64,000 nucleotides of DNA from Ramazzottius varieornatus (taxonomy: Eukaryota > Animalia > Tardigrada), in assembly GCA_001949185.1 (NCBI GenBank), contig BDGG01000013.1:1189226-1253225 (forward strand), in the 5' to 3' direction. The notes below the pieces were generated by a model that was not told where the DNA came from, made no database searches, and worked only from the letters and a program-made list of their open reading frames with translations. The first letter of the stretch is position 1. Each line of letters begins with the position of its first letter. The translations under genes were made by a program, and so were the position numbers. This document shows, piece after piece, positions 12,036-25,069 of this stretch.

Positions 12036-14371
12036 CCCGCTTGGGTGGCCCCAGAGTATCCAGATAGATTCCTTGGGGGTAGAACCCATCTATTTCTGAG
12101 GATCAATCTGGTGTGGCGAACTCTGGAAGGCTATCGGGCTAGCCGGAGCTGCACCATCCTGTAAGTAGCTCCAATCAACCGAACCACCTGTTGATTTTGC
12201 GGCGCCGTATGCCTGTGGCTGCCTGAGTTGTCCTCGCTTACAGAAATGTCCAACGTACGAGGAAACACCGACGGGGAAATGGGGAAGCAGCTGATCTTTC
12301 GGTACGCTAACCTGAACGGGATCAAGTCGAAGTCGGAAGAGCTGAAAGCGTGGACGGAAAGAGGAAAGGTGGACATAGGTGCCTTCGTCGAAACATGGGC
12401 CGATGACAGCGTTACGGATACGTTGATTGCTGATTTGGAGAAGTACAAAGTCCATAGGAAAGACCGAGCTGGTTGTCGAAAGGAGGGTGGTGGTGGCGTC
12501 GCTATCATAGTCCAGAAGGATCTTCACACGCTGAGAGCTACTGAGTATGAAGTGGAAGGACTAGAGCTCATGTGGGTAAAGGTTGTGGGGATGAAGATGG
12601 TCGCGCTGGTTGGTGTCCTATATGCTCCAGGATACGACATGGAAGTCTTTGCAAAACTTCGGTGCTCCCTGGAGAAGATTCCACCTTACCTCCGAAGAAA
12701 CATGATTCTGGTAAATGACTTTAACTGTCCTGATATCGACTGGGAAGACTTGTCAGCCAAGAAACCTCGGACAAGGGAGCTACTTTCCGTCATCAAAGAG
12801 TTCGCGCTGTTCCAAAGGTGCGAGGGTNNNNNNNNNNNNNNNNNNNNNNNNNNNNNNNNNNNNNNNNNNNNNNNNNNCTTTGAGAAGTTCTAGCTATTCG
12901 AATTTTGAGCTTCTTAGAGGAGAACCGTGTGTTGACTACGAGACAGTTCGGTTTCAGGTCGAAGAGATCCACTGAAGTGCAGCTACTCCATATGGTCCAT
13001 CGATGGTCGCAAGGTCTGTCGGAGAAGAAGGAAGTGGAAGCAGTTTTTCTAGACTGCACCAAGGCGTTCGACAGAGTCCCCCACGAAGTGCTGGTCAGGA
13101 GCCTACAAGATCATGGTATCACCGGCGACTTGCTGGACCTAATGGCCGACTACCTGCGAGGCAGGACTCAAAGAGTAACGGTTGGAGGCTACTACAGTGA
13201 GTACAGTGAAGTCCGGTCAGGCGTTCCCCAAGGTTCCGTTCTGGGCCCACTGCTCTTCATTGTTGCGGTGAACAAGCTCTCCGTGTCGGTCAGGTGCGAG
13301 CTCTACCAGTATGCTGACGACCTGGTAGCCCATCAAGTGATCAGCAAGCCCGAAGACTGCCGAGCCTTTCAAGAAAGTCTGGACCAGTTGGGTGAGAACT
13401 GTGAAGAAGCTGGGCTGAGCCTAAACCCAAGCAAGTCGCAGCATGTCCGCATATCATTCAAGAGATCCGGGAGTGTCCCTGTCCCTCAGGGTAACTACTC
13501 CATCAGCGATCAGAAGATCCCGACAAAGAGCCAAACGACGTGCTTGGGGGTCGTACTCGACCGGAAGCTGAACTGGACGGCGCAGATCGACGCAGTGACA
13601 GCGAAGTGCCGGAAGCGGCTCCACGCCATCCGGTCGTACTTTCCCCTGCAGCTTGGCGCGGCAAGGCAACTGCTGTACATTAGCCTAGTTCGTCCTGTTG
13701 CCGAATACGCCTGCTCAGTGTGGAACCCCACGAACCACAAGCACCAAAGACAGCTGGAGCAAGTCCAAAAAGATTTTCTCAAGAGCATCCGGCTGAGCAA
13801 GATACCCAAAGGACAGCATGATGGAGACTTCAGCCAGTACAGACAGCACCTGGCAGAAGTCAAATGGGACTACCTGTGGACAAGACGGGTCAAGGCCGTG
13901 TTGGTAAACGGTTTCAAGATATGGACAAATGGGTTCCCCGATGGGCGGCTCCTGCTGAACGTATCCAGGCCTGTGCAGCAACCACCAACTCGAGCAAACA
14001 CGAGGAGCTAGACCTGCACAGGAGTTCCGGAAGGCAAAGTATGGGCCCAGCCGGCTACAAGAATTAAAGAAAAAGATACTCTGAATGTTACTTCTGATAC
14101 CTTCGCGTACGTAGCTTCTGCCTTGATCAACGATAAGAATTTCCGCCCATCTCCGGCAAACTGTCAAAGTCTCGCTGTTTTCAAGTCCTATCTCGATCGC
14201 CTAGACTTCCAAAAATTCTCGTGGTGTAGTCAGAACGTAGATAGTTGCTTGTTGTGATTGTTTTTGTATTATTTTGGATCCTTTCTCTGATGGCTCTCTT
14301 GCCAAATTTTTCAACTTGTGTCTAAGGCTGAGCATCTGCTGGCGATCCAAACACGAGTAAAGCGGTTATTA
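12036..14371 (+). mobile_element. Non-LTR retrotransposon (APE endonuclease plus RT; CR1/L2/Jockey-group-like) nested in the mariner
   Basis: APE motifs (YANLNG, ETW, GGGVAI, DFN) and RT motifs (QFGFR, FLDCTKAFDRVPH, SGVPQGSVLGPLLF, YADD, LGV..D). GTCTT direct repeats at 12031-35 and 14372-76. The 3' end is ..ttatta. Confidence 0.92.
12828..12877. other. Assembly gap (50 N) inside the LINE
   Basis: Run of N between the APE and RT regions; the linker is missing, so the true gap is probably longer. Confidence 0.99.
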
Positions 14372-16685
14372 GTCTTGCACCGCCCCTGCTGCATGATAAC
14401 TCTAAAGTGCACACTGCGGAAAAAACTACCGCAAAGCTGCAGGAGTTGGGAATGGAAACTCCCTTTCATTCTTCGTATTCTCCGGACCTTTCCCCAACAG
14501 ATTATCACTTTTTTCAAAATTTAGATAGCTTCCTGCGAGACGATAAATTTTCCTCAGAGCAAGCTGCAAAAGATGCGTTCGAAGAGTTTATTTCTTCGCT
14601 TTCCCCAGACTTCTATCGCACTGGCATACATTCTCTTCCAGAAAGATGGGAGAAGTGTCTTGCTAGTGTTGGTGATTACTTCGAAGAGGAAGTCTGATAT
14701 CTGAAGTCAGTAAAAATTTTCGGATATTTTCTTTCGAAGAGTAACAAGTCATACTTTCGCACCTGATAGTGAAATACGAGCACAGAATTATTCCTAGCTA
14801 AATTAGCTTCACCATCTACCTTACATGAATGGACAGAAGGTCACACCGAGATTTCCTGCACAAAGACTCTATCATCGTCGGATAGCGACGCAACCACATG
14901 CGAGCGACGATTCCGCCTAATAAAGAGCGCCGGAACCCCAGAAAGCTACTGCGTAAGGTGGAAGACCATCATCAACAAATATCGACTTGCTGTACTGAAA
15001 GTGCTAAAGGTTAGCTGCGAGTTCTGGCTAAGTCACCCTCGTCCTACTGCAAGAGTAAAATGCACCCCTACTGGGCAGAGCTGCGGAGCTATTGAGCACG
15101 TTTAAGCTCGGGAGCTACAATTAATCTACCTTTTTTCTACGAAAACTTAAAACAGTGTATTGCAGCGCACGAACCTGGATGAGTTCTTTGTAAAAACTTC
15201 CTAGAAGAAAGGCGAAATGAGCTAAACGAGCTAACGAGCTAAATAGTTCCGTGGGACTGCTACTGGCCCAAAATTTTGACTAGTTTGTCGGTCGGTGAGC
15301 CAAAAACGGGTGCTGTATTCTTGTCGACACAACTGCTAATCAAATTTAAGTTCTGAGCCATTATGAGAGCGCTGTGGGCTTCGTCCGTCTCATAGACGCA
15401 TGTGTGGTGTGGAGTAGTGTGGTGTGGTGTGATGACTATGATCGGTAGCGTGCCGTGTGCAGTTAGCTGAAATGGGTTTTGACGGCGCCTTACTGTTCTA
15501 CTCTGCCGCTGGCCCAAGTATTACCGAAAATTCCGGGGGTGGCTACGTCAGGGACGACTACAGCCGAGCTCGTTGATTGACTGAGGCAAGTTCGCTAGCC
15601 AATTAAGACGTTTTGCCGTGGCTTTTCGGTCTCGCGATCCATGCGAGCTGTACTGTACCGTTTAGACGCAATCTCTCTACTCGCAAGAATCGATTGCGCA
15701 ATATGTGAGGAGTCCTGCCCACGCCCAGATTTTTAGCTCACCTGACCACTGGTCAGACGGCCAAATGAATCCCCGCATCGTGTTCCTCGATGTTTATTAT
15801 TGTTTGACACCAGATTGCATCGACAGTATAATTTTGCCCCTGGGGTCCCAGAACTTTAAACTCGTTTCCCGAAAGATTTGACCTTCTAGCGTTTGCATGA
15901 AGACTGGCAGTCGATACCAAAGTGGTTCTTGAAGAGTGTTTGCATGCTTGATGACTTTGGGCTCCTTCTGGGCCCTCCGGTCCAGGTGGAGTTTCAAGTC
16001 CGCCAAACCTTTATCCTTTGTGTCGCACAGCTCCAACGTGAACGATACATTCGAGTTGTTCGCGGCTGCATATATCGACATGGAACGGTCGTAGCCGGCG
16101 CACTTATCACTTTGAGTCTTTGACACCTGTTGCATAGGTAGTAAGTACACCGTTCTTTTGAAAACAAATATGACTGTTTTAAAGAGAAAAATGAAGATGT
16201 TATGGAAAGTAATGTAATTACCTCAGGTATCTGTTATCGTAGTTGCAGTGGGTTAGTCGCGACGACACTTTATTTTCAGAACAAACTGGCTCGATTAACG
16301 AACGGGACGAGCGAGAAGACTCACGTTTTCGAACGGCGGATGGTGAGTCCGCAATGTGACACAAAGATCGCCCCTCTTATTACCTCCTCAACGCGGTACT
16401 ACGGTAAAAAATGTGCCGATTATTCAGCCGATCGCAAGCGGGAGTTGAGAATGGTGTTGCCGAGCGCGGCAACGGGTGAGCGTCAGTATCAGAATAGACC
16501 GGACGGTAATATCTTGTTACACTGACCTACTACAGAACTCTGCTTGGCCTAAATACTGTAGTATATTACCACCCAACTGTTATAATTGGTCTAACTCTTT
16601 CTGTTTCACCGCCAACTTCAAATGCGGCATGCATACTTCAAACAAACGACTGTCGATATTTATATGGATGTTTGGGTATTTTAGG

Positions 16686-17707
16686 GAAACCAATTTGCTG
16701 TATAATCCAAACCATGCTTGCAGGCGCTGCATCCCGCCGCATTTCGTCGGTCTTACACCAGTGTTTTTTACATTCGACAAAGACAGCAAAACGTGCAATA
16801 AGCGATTTACTGAACCTTTTGGGCTGAACGGGGATTTTGGAAAGTGCGAAAATGACGAGCAATTCTGCATCAGTGTACGCATTACAGGCATGTAAAGTGT
16901 TTTGTTTTTACTCGTCTCGTGATATAGTGTAAACTAACGTCCCGCTTAACATCGCAAGCGCAAATTGGCAGCAGACCTAAAATGTGTTTTTTTAATCAGG
17001 AGATGGGTTTACCGGGTTGATGTCGGATTGCTACCCAGAAGAGTCCAGGAACAGCACAACGTACGGGAGTACGACTGGTCTGACGATAGTCACAGAGATT
17101 TGCGAGACAAATGCGTGCAATGCAAACACCGTACCCATGCAAAGCCCCATAAAAAAAGAGCCTGCTCCCGGATATTACAAATGCTTCGCCTGCTTATCCG
17201 ATAACGAGCCTCTGATAAGAGAAGGAGGCGTTATTGAGGGAGGTTCTTGCTTGAATTTCAAGCGTGGCTCCCAGTTTGAATGTCTTACAAAGTATGGCTG
17301 TGTAAGCACCATAAGAAGAGGTTGGTCCGATGCGGTTTTGAAAGTTAAATTTTCAGCAGAGACTGATATATAACTTCCCCAGCGAAAGAAGCTACCTTAT
17401 TTCATAAATAACTTTTGCAGGCAGCAGATACCCAAACGTGGACAATCCCGTTGTATCTCAGCAGTGCGTGAAAGATGAGAAATGGATGGGTCCGAGTCAT
17501 TGTACGACGATTTACTACTCAGACCCTTCCGGTGAACAGTGGTCCAAAACCGTCTGTTATTGCAAAGGCGAGTCCTGCAACGAGGACCCGATAGCCGAAG
17601 GACTGCGAGTTGCAACTTTGATGTCGACTGATACTCCGAGTGACAGATACCCACTTCCAACGGGAGACTACGTGCCATATAATCAACTCAAGTACCCCAA
17701 GATATGA
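16686..17707 (+). CDS. Cys-rich protein with two tandem Ly6/uPAR (three-finger, quiver-like) domains; 5' exon(s) unresolved
   Basis: CRRC..C..C..FCISVR..SDCY..ICETNACN and CFAC..C..ECLTKYGC..QC..HC..VCYCKGESCN. Exons at about 16686-16888, 17000-17320 and 17421-17707. Confidence 0.7.
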
Positions 17708-18084
17708 TCCATTTGGATCACCTTATGAATCACCGTATAGTTTACCATACGGCCGTTCACATACAGTCAACTTATCACACTTTGCACAAGCGCAGCTATC
17801 TATGGGAATGTTCAGCTTTTTCTATTTATTCCGATCATGATGCGATACGTTTTGGACAAATGTCTTCCCCGACTGGCGCTCTTGTTCGTTACGACCATTC
17901 AAGGGATTGTTAGAAAATTGGAAAGGGGCATGAAGACGGTGAACTAGACAGGGACCACTGATATTTCGGAGCTGGCCGCACTATCAATACTCGACTCTCG
18001 GTATGCATCAATGTAAACGTTGCAACCTTCGCAGACAGTACTAGTTGAGGCAAGTCCGCAACAATCACGTTTGCGAGTGCGAGG

Positions 18085-19237
18085 CTATACTGTGCCGGCT
18101 TTCCAGGTCGCCAGAGGTGAACAAATAGCGCTCGGATTTCGTTCCGACGTAACGAACTCCTTGACGCCCGCCTGGCTCTGTGGGGAAAATGTCCTGGCGT
18201 ATGTGGGATCGTGTTATGTAAAAAGAAGTCAAATCTTACCATCACTTCCTTATGGAATCGTTGCAGATTAACGAACGGTTCCAGCAGGTCCGGCATGCAA
18301 GCATTATGGTTGTTCAAGGTCTCGAAAAGGAGGAAGTCCGTGTAATTCAGGTTGTCACCAGTGAGGAAGCGATGTTTGGATAGCCAGTGATCCAATTCCC
18401 TGAACTTCTCCATTCTGTCTTTTGCTTACTCTTGTTTTGCTCTTTCCTGAAATTCAAATTGTGTTGACAAATACAACGATTGTCGACCATAACTAAGACG
18501 GATGACAACGTTTAACCGCACTAACTCACAATATCTTTCGAAAGGTACACAAGCTGGAACCAGGTCGTCCCGATGTCGCTGAGAACTCCATCCACCATGT
18601 CCTGCTTTTGTGTTTCTTCCTCCGTTTTTGCCGCTACAATAAGCCGGGGAAGGGGCTATAGTTGTTCGTAGCAAATATATGTCGGATAGATTAGTTTTCC
18701 ACCTACCGAAACAGTGTTTACGAGCCAGGTAGTGAAGTATGGCGCGCGACTGAGTCAGTTTTGTATTCCCGTCGATCAAATACGGCAACTGCAAACATTT
18801 AAAGGTATGAATCTTGTTTAACAATATTGTTGCAAAATCCAATAGGTAAGTGATATGAACAATTGGTAGACGGATAAGCCTCACATTTGGAAACGGTAGG
18901 CCGATGGAAGTCTTGCCTTCAAACCATGCTACGGAAATAGATGTGAGAGTTACAGAGAATATTGATATACACTGTAATACAGAATAGCTGTCGCGGGTAA
19001 AATGATTCCACCTCAGCTGTACCTTCACGAGTTTCAGGTATTTTAGATTCGTATCTTTGTCCCGCATGCTCTATAGAAGTACTCAGATCGGGTTGGCCAA
19101 CTGGAAAATACAGAAAATCGCTTCGATGGACGGTAGAATGCTGCAGGCGACGGTAAACTGTCGAGAACTTCAGGCTGACTTACCCCGCGAAAATTCCAGT
19201 AGCCCAGTACGACGACGTCCTTGCTCAGGGTCTCCAT
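18085..19237 (-). pseudogene. Mu-like glutathione S-transferase, disabled copy
   Basis: LGYWNFRG, GLPFPN|[29 protein letters not shown] replaces the conserved Arg at 19085-19083, followed by a 2-nt frameshift in exon 2. Confidence 0.85.
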
Positions 19238-21407
19238 CGTTCACAATATCGATGTGCGCCGTCAAGAGCATTTATGCGGCGCACCCAAAGTATTGGACTG
19301 CTGCTTGTGGCCGACTTTCACTTCCGAACGACGCGCTGTCTGGAGAAGACAATAAGAAAAGGTAGAAAAGAAATTGATGGACACTTCGATCTTCGATCCG
19401 GCCAAATTCCAGATGAACGATAAAAGCAGTAGCCGGGAGACTTTGACCTGGGCCACAAATTTTCTTCCGTTTGGATAGCAATCTAAGAGCTGCACTTCGT
19501 CCACCAGACCACTTCCGTGTTGGGTGGAACATGATCACAGGCCTCAATGAAGGAACTCAATCAGAAGCAACGCACTTCGAATTAATGCAGTTTCTAGGCA
19601 TTCACTAGGGCCGTGTTCATTTAGTGGTAGCCTACTAGGTCGTTGTGAAGATTATGATGAACCTCCTTTCACAAAAGCGACTATTTTCAACCCAGAGGTG
19701 GGTAGCTCATAACAACCCAAAAATCGCTCACAAAGTCGAAACATTGTGAGATGAGTCATTTCAACCACGTTTCACCTAACCTCGTCGTCAACTATGTCGA
19801 CTTTGTGAACGCATCAGGGCCAGCAACCAGCGTAGCCAACCAATCCCATGTTAAAGCGCTTACCACAGCTACTATCCAAAAGAGGCTAGTAACTTTCAAC
19901 CCAGCTTCCGGCCGCGACATCAAACATTTTGAACATAAATTCTCTTTCTATCACTGGCTACTCCCAGAAAACTTTCCACTGTCAGAATACAGTTACTGGC
20001 TTCGTTTGGTGCGAGGAAAGTGAGAGGTGGACCGTGGATGAAACAGGTACATCTCAACTCATCCTGCAGGGATTAGTTCCCATGCTGCTCCACCATGTCG
20101 TTCTCCAAAACTGGCTTCTCACCGCTCAGCAGCTCCTAAGACCTTCCCAATTTTCTCATCGCCCGCAGCGGCTTCTCCATATAATGTAAACAATACAGCT
20201 AGAGAAGTCTTCGAACTTCCACCAAAAACGCCGAGCGAGTTCTCAAATTACGACAGTCACGGGATAGCTAACCCAGTTGCCAATAGTTCATTCTCGAACG
20301 CTAGTTGATCAAAATCAAGTAAGTCACTACGTGGTTGCTCATAAGTTCGTCTACCACACCAAGTAGATTTTCTGCGTGTTCACAAAGTCTACGTTCTTCT
20401 TCATAACGACCTCGTCACTCACAACGACCCAGTCGAGAAAATGAACACGGCTCTAGAGGTCACGATCGGACAGCATAAGGGATGGAACAGTACCAAATAC
20501 AAGTGAGATGTTTTCGCGCGACGGAAGTGTTTAGGGATAAATGCCATGCATGAAACGCATCGAGTAAGACATGTTGCGAAGATTTCCCTCAAAGAGGTTA
20601 TCTCCACTGTACGCTCTGTGCCTCAGCTAGTTAACTTGTAAAAGTATGTACGTCAGTCCTATGACTGTGTGTTGAGAGGAGTGGCGCTGACAGCAACGGT
20701 GGTTTTGGGTGGCCAATTTGGCGAGTGTAACTTTAGTCTTCATTTTTCGCCTTTGCGTGCAGGTGCAGGTGAAAAATTAACTCCTAACTTGTCGTCGAAC
20801 CTGCGTTTGTTCCACCCGGCAGAAACAGGGCTGTCGGTGTCCTGGTGTCTTAGATTTGAGTTCTCTCCAGGACTTGTATAGCTGTATCCACGCGGACAGT
20901 AAGATAAGTATCCAAGGACTCGGCCAGTAGGATCTCCAAAGGGACTAACGTCGGACCTTCGAGCACTTCTTCCTTTCTGTGGACCGAGGTGAGGTAAGCC
21001 GCAAGGTGAACGAGGAGCTGATGCAGTGAAAAGTCTTGGAAGCAGTTTGCCTGATTGACTGATTTGGTATGACGAGCTGTGACTGCAGGGTGGATACAAT
21101 ATCCAGGGGAACGGACGTCAGGAGGGAGAATTATCCCGAGAGAAACAACTTTGATTGACTTCAGCCGAGCCCTCTTATCCTACCTATTTATGATAACGTC
21201 TGGTTAAATTACCTTGCTACCGGACGTTAAAGTTTGTATCGAGATGTTCGTAGGGAAATTCTACAAGAATTCGAGGCGATTGTCTGATTTTCAGAGCCGA
21301 CATTCTTGGGCGTTTTACCCTTTGTAGGAAGACCTTCGCAACAGATACAAGCTAATCGAAGAAAAACGTTAGTTTCTAAGCTTTCGAAAGGATCGCCCTT
21401 CCGGAAC

Positions 21408-22640
21408 CTAGGCTGCTCCAGCTCCCCACTTTGCGGATGGTCCATTGAAAGCCTTGGGGTTGCGGTCGGAAGTGATGAACTCATTGACGCCCTTCAGACC
21501 CTGCAATCAGAAATACAGTGCATCGGTTTCTAATGTCGACAGCGAAATGCTCATTCGTATTAAATATCTGATATTTCAGACGGTAAGGGCCAGTTCTACT
21601 TACCATCATGTGCTGATGATACTGTTGCAAGTTGGAGAACTGGCTCAGCAACTCTGGCATGGCAGTATTATGGCCGTCCAACTGTTCGAAGAAGATGAAG
21701 TCGACGTAGTTAAGCTTGTTCCCGGTCAGGAACTTCTAGTCGGACAACCACTGATCCAGCAGCTTGAAGTTGTCGGTCTTGCCGCCCATAAATTCTTGCT
21801 TCGCTTCCTCCTGCGCCGCCGCAAATACATAACTCCATCAGAATAGTAAAAAAAAGGGCTAGTATTTTGTGGCCACTTACAAAATCTGGTGACATGTACA
21901 TCAGCATGGACCAGTTGTTCTGGATATCCTGCAAAAGTCCCTCGATCATTCTGCTTTTGCATTTCCTCCTCGCTCTTAGCCCCTGCGAAAAACAAAATAA
22001 CCAGACAGTCTTCCGGTGTCGGCATGATTACCAAAAAATGAGACAGTATTGTTAGGCTTACCCAAGCCGTGCTTGCGAGCTAAGTGTCTGAGGATGGCTC
22101 GTAACTGGGTCCATTTGGTGTTTCCATCGATCATATACGGCAACTGAAAAAGAAGAATGTGGACCCACAGCGTGAATCATTGTTCTCGAGAGTATTTTGT
22201 TTTAAATAGTACGTTGGGGAACGGCAATCCGAGGCTGTTCTTTTCCGTGAACCAACCTGCAAACAGCAGCTGAAGTGAGCCCAAAAAGTTTCCCGGAATA
22301 ATGTAACCCACTGTACCAAAGCGAACTTTCAGGGGTTTGGGGAACTCTGTATTCATACTTCTGCCCGACGTGTTCCATAAGCAGTCGGATCGCATTCGCT
22401 AGCTGCAACAAGAAATACTGCATGGGAGAGGTTGGCAAACGAGACGTACAAGATCGTTGTTTTCGGCTGGATCCGTGCGCAAAGTGAGGCAACAATCTTG
22501 TACGTCTCGTTTTACCGGCCTTCAACGTGCTGAGCTATGGAATACAAACACCACTGGTGAAGATGGCGGACAAGATATCTTACACCACGAATGTCCCAAT
22601 ATCCAAGAAGGACACCGTTATTTGTTGCTTTGGAGTCCAT
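21408..22640 (-). pseudogene. Mu-like GST with one frameshift (pseudogene or assembly error)
   Basis: MDSKATNNGVLLGYWDIRG|LANAIRLLMEHVGQ..GLPFPN|LPYMIDG. Near 21950 the sequence EEEMQKQ-a-MIEG is 2 nt short relative to the paralog QKQDMVDG. Ends KWGAGAA*. Confidence 0.8.
22434..22518. repeat. Intronic hairpin, family A-related
   Basis: ggcaaacgagacgtacaagatcgttg ... caacaatcttgtacgtctcgttttacc in GST intron 1. Confidence 0.8.
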
Positions 22641-23295
22641 GGTTTATGATGGAGAAAGCCAAGAAGTGCTCTGGAAATTTGGTGGGAGAGTGCAGAAAAT
22701 CATGAAATAAAGTCAACTGTCGATGTTCGAGAAAGCTCAACCGAAAGGCAGCGTCAGCTCACTTGCAAAGCCGACTTACCAGTCGCACGATCTATCTAGT
22801 CACCGGTAATCTCGCCAGAAGGGGAACTTTGATAAGCGAGTCGTACAGGCTGCTTGAAAGCGTGATAATGAGACGATGATCAAGCAGAAAATTTGAATAC
22901 ATTTATAACATCAAATCAATTACAATCGATTCTGGTTTCACAACCAGAGGGCGTGGAGTTAGCATCCTGTCCTATTGGCAGACAAAGAGGGCGAGATCGG
23001 GGAGGGGTGGGACCGTGGGAAAGAGCTGTTCTACCATCCGTGCGATGGCCATCGCCTACTTTTTTATCTGCGCTTCAGGTAGTTCAGGATGAGTTTACCG
23101 CAAATCTCACACCTGAAATTTAGAACAGGCTTCGTTAGGTTTGCACAGTGGGGGGATTTTACGATTTTGTGACTGAAGCAAGCGGGTTGCGTAACGAAGT
23201 ATATTGCAGAAGAGCGTGCTTCAGTGGAGCGAGAAGTTCGAAACACCTGACCGTGCTTACTGTACTTTTCCGCCATAATGCAAATTTGCAAAACA

Positions 23296-23378
23296 GGTTT
23301 TCTTTCATTTCAGATACCGTTTGTATTGGTGATCGTGGTTTTCTTTCATTTCAGATATCGTTTGTATTGGTGATCGTG
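23296..23378. repeat. 41-bp tandem duplication upstream of a GST
   Basis: ggttttctttcatttcagata(c/t)cgtttgtattggtgatcgt, two copies. Confidence 0.9.
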
Positions 23379-23566
23379 ATCCGCAGAACGCTGCGTTCAA
23401 TCATCGATCGACGAGCTCAAGGATTCGGAGCTGGAACACAGGATTGCTCTAGGCAAGCTTGTGATTTGTCCCACTTGTGGATCATCTTTGAGCCAGGCCC
23501 GCCGGCGACTTTCCGGCTAGTTCTTTTGCAGTTTTGACAAGCCAGGACAACCAAGAAGTCTTTTTC

Positions 23567-25069
23567 ATGGCGCCGATGATCTTTGGCTATTGGGACGTTC
23601 GAGGCGTAAGTACGAAGTCTATCATACGGTCGAACTGAACTAAGTCGGTGTCCGCTGTGTTTTATCAAGCTTCCTCAAGAGTTTCTGTGCTGCAGATTTT
23701 CCAGCCAATACGGTACGTGTTGGAGCATGTCGGAGAACAATACGAATTCAAATCGTATTCTGTGGGGACAAACAGTGAGAAACTATCTTGATCGTTTTCC
23801 ATGCAACCCACTGCAATAGCGATCGAATCATTCTGGTGTTTTTCAGCATGGTTCGAACAAAAAGCCAGCCTTGGCATGGATTTCCCCAACGTAAGACTTC
23901 CGTCTTGACCTCTCGAACATCTCTGCTTTCAAAAGATATGCCTACAGTCTATGGAATTGCTATTAATGCACAGCTTCCTTATCTAATTGACGGAGACGTG
24001 CAGCTGACGCAGTCCAACGCTATCTTGCACTATCTGGGAAAGAAGTACGGGCTTGGTAAGTCCTCTCTTTCATGTCGGACATCTTGTACCTCTGTACACC
24101 AGCTGAAGTCAAGACCACAAAACTTGTTTGGCCAAAGCATAGACGGCAACAACGCCCTCTATTACTGACAGGTGCTTTATCGCACTGATTTTCCTTGTTA
24201 ATCACAGTGGCGAAAAACGAGAAGGACCAACGAATCCAGGATATGTTTGACGGCATGCTGTGGGATATTACCTATGGAGCCGCAATGTTCTTCTATCCAC
24301 ATATGCGAGGAAGAATGTATCCGGATGGCTTGGTGCACTAACCCTCTCACGAGCATACTGTGTCACAGAACCCTTTTCTAAGCGATCTGTGCGGTAGCGT
24401 TGCGAATAGTAAACGTTGAGCTCAGATCAGATCGCTTAGAAAAGGGCTTTTGCGACGCAGTACACTTGTGAGGGAGATACTGTACGATATACGCACCAAA
24501 CGGCGGACGTTCCTCTGAAGCTGCGTTAGATGGTCTTGGACGAGGTAGTATCTTTGCAGGAAGAAGGAAAGAGCACCTACCTGAACGCCAAAATAAAGCC
24601 AAAACTGGAGGAGCTCGATCGATGGATGGCCAACAAGCGGTACATCTTTGGCGACACGATGCACTACAATGACTTCGTCCTTTTCGAGGTATGTCTTCAA
24701 CAGGAGGTTTGTCTTTTCGCGAAAACTTTGTTATTGAAATGTGGCTGCATAATTGGTATGTCTATCTAGCGACTGGATGCACACCATACCGCCTTCCCCG
24801 ACCTACTGGCGCAGTACCCGAATCTCCAAAGATTCTACCATGACATGCTTGTGAGTACTTCCTTTTTGTTCTTGTAAGACAGAAACGTTCCGCCGGTACT
24901 GACTCGAATGCTTTTATCAATGTAGAATGAGAAGGGCGTTGAAACGGTTCTCGGCTCGGACAAATGGTCGAAGGCGTTCAACGGGCCTCAAGCTGACTGG
25001 GGTGGTCCAGAAGGCTTTCATCAACCGTGGGACCCGAAGACTCGATCGTACGTAACCGACGGCCAGTAG
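23567..25069 (+). CDS. Mu-like glutathione S-transferase (intact, 8 exons)
   Basis: MAPMIFGYWDVRG|IFQPIRYVLEHVGEQY..GMDFPN|LPYLIDGDVQLTQSNAILHYLG..HYNDFVLFE..YPNLQRF..VTDGQ*. Confidence 0.9.
24342..24475. repeat. Intronic hairpin, unrelated to family A
   Basis: cccttttctaagcgatctg / cagatcgcttagaaaaggg perfect core, extending imperfectly to about 50 bp per arm. Confidence 0.85.

Larger units (their letters stand above)
11138..14766 (+). mobile_element. Mariner transposon, full length but interrupted by a LINE
   Basis: About 28-bp TIRs (tcaggtgcggaagtgtgacttgttactc / gagtaacaagtcatactttcgcacctga); TA at 14767-68 (left flank reads GA). Transposase 11328-12035 plus 14377-14697 has WVPHSL, TCDEKW, LLHDN and YSPDLSPTDY motifs (DD34D type). 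Confidence 0.95.

Noticed and set aside
12095-12125. Hammerhead-like CTGAGGA..GAAC in the LINE 5' end
   Set aside because: No closing stem II pair and no GAAA.
12036-12164. Novel C-terminus of the 278-aa mariner ORF
   Set aside because: It is read-through into the LINE 5' end, not a real fusion domain.
15728-15760. Helentron/HINE-like start (ttttagctcacctgacc..ggtcag)
   Set aside because: No matching 3' subterminal repeat or hairpin identified.
15797-16150. 117-aa minus-strand ORF
   Set aside because: No recognisable motif or supported exon partners.
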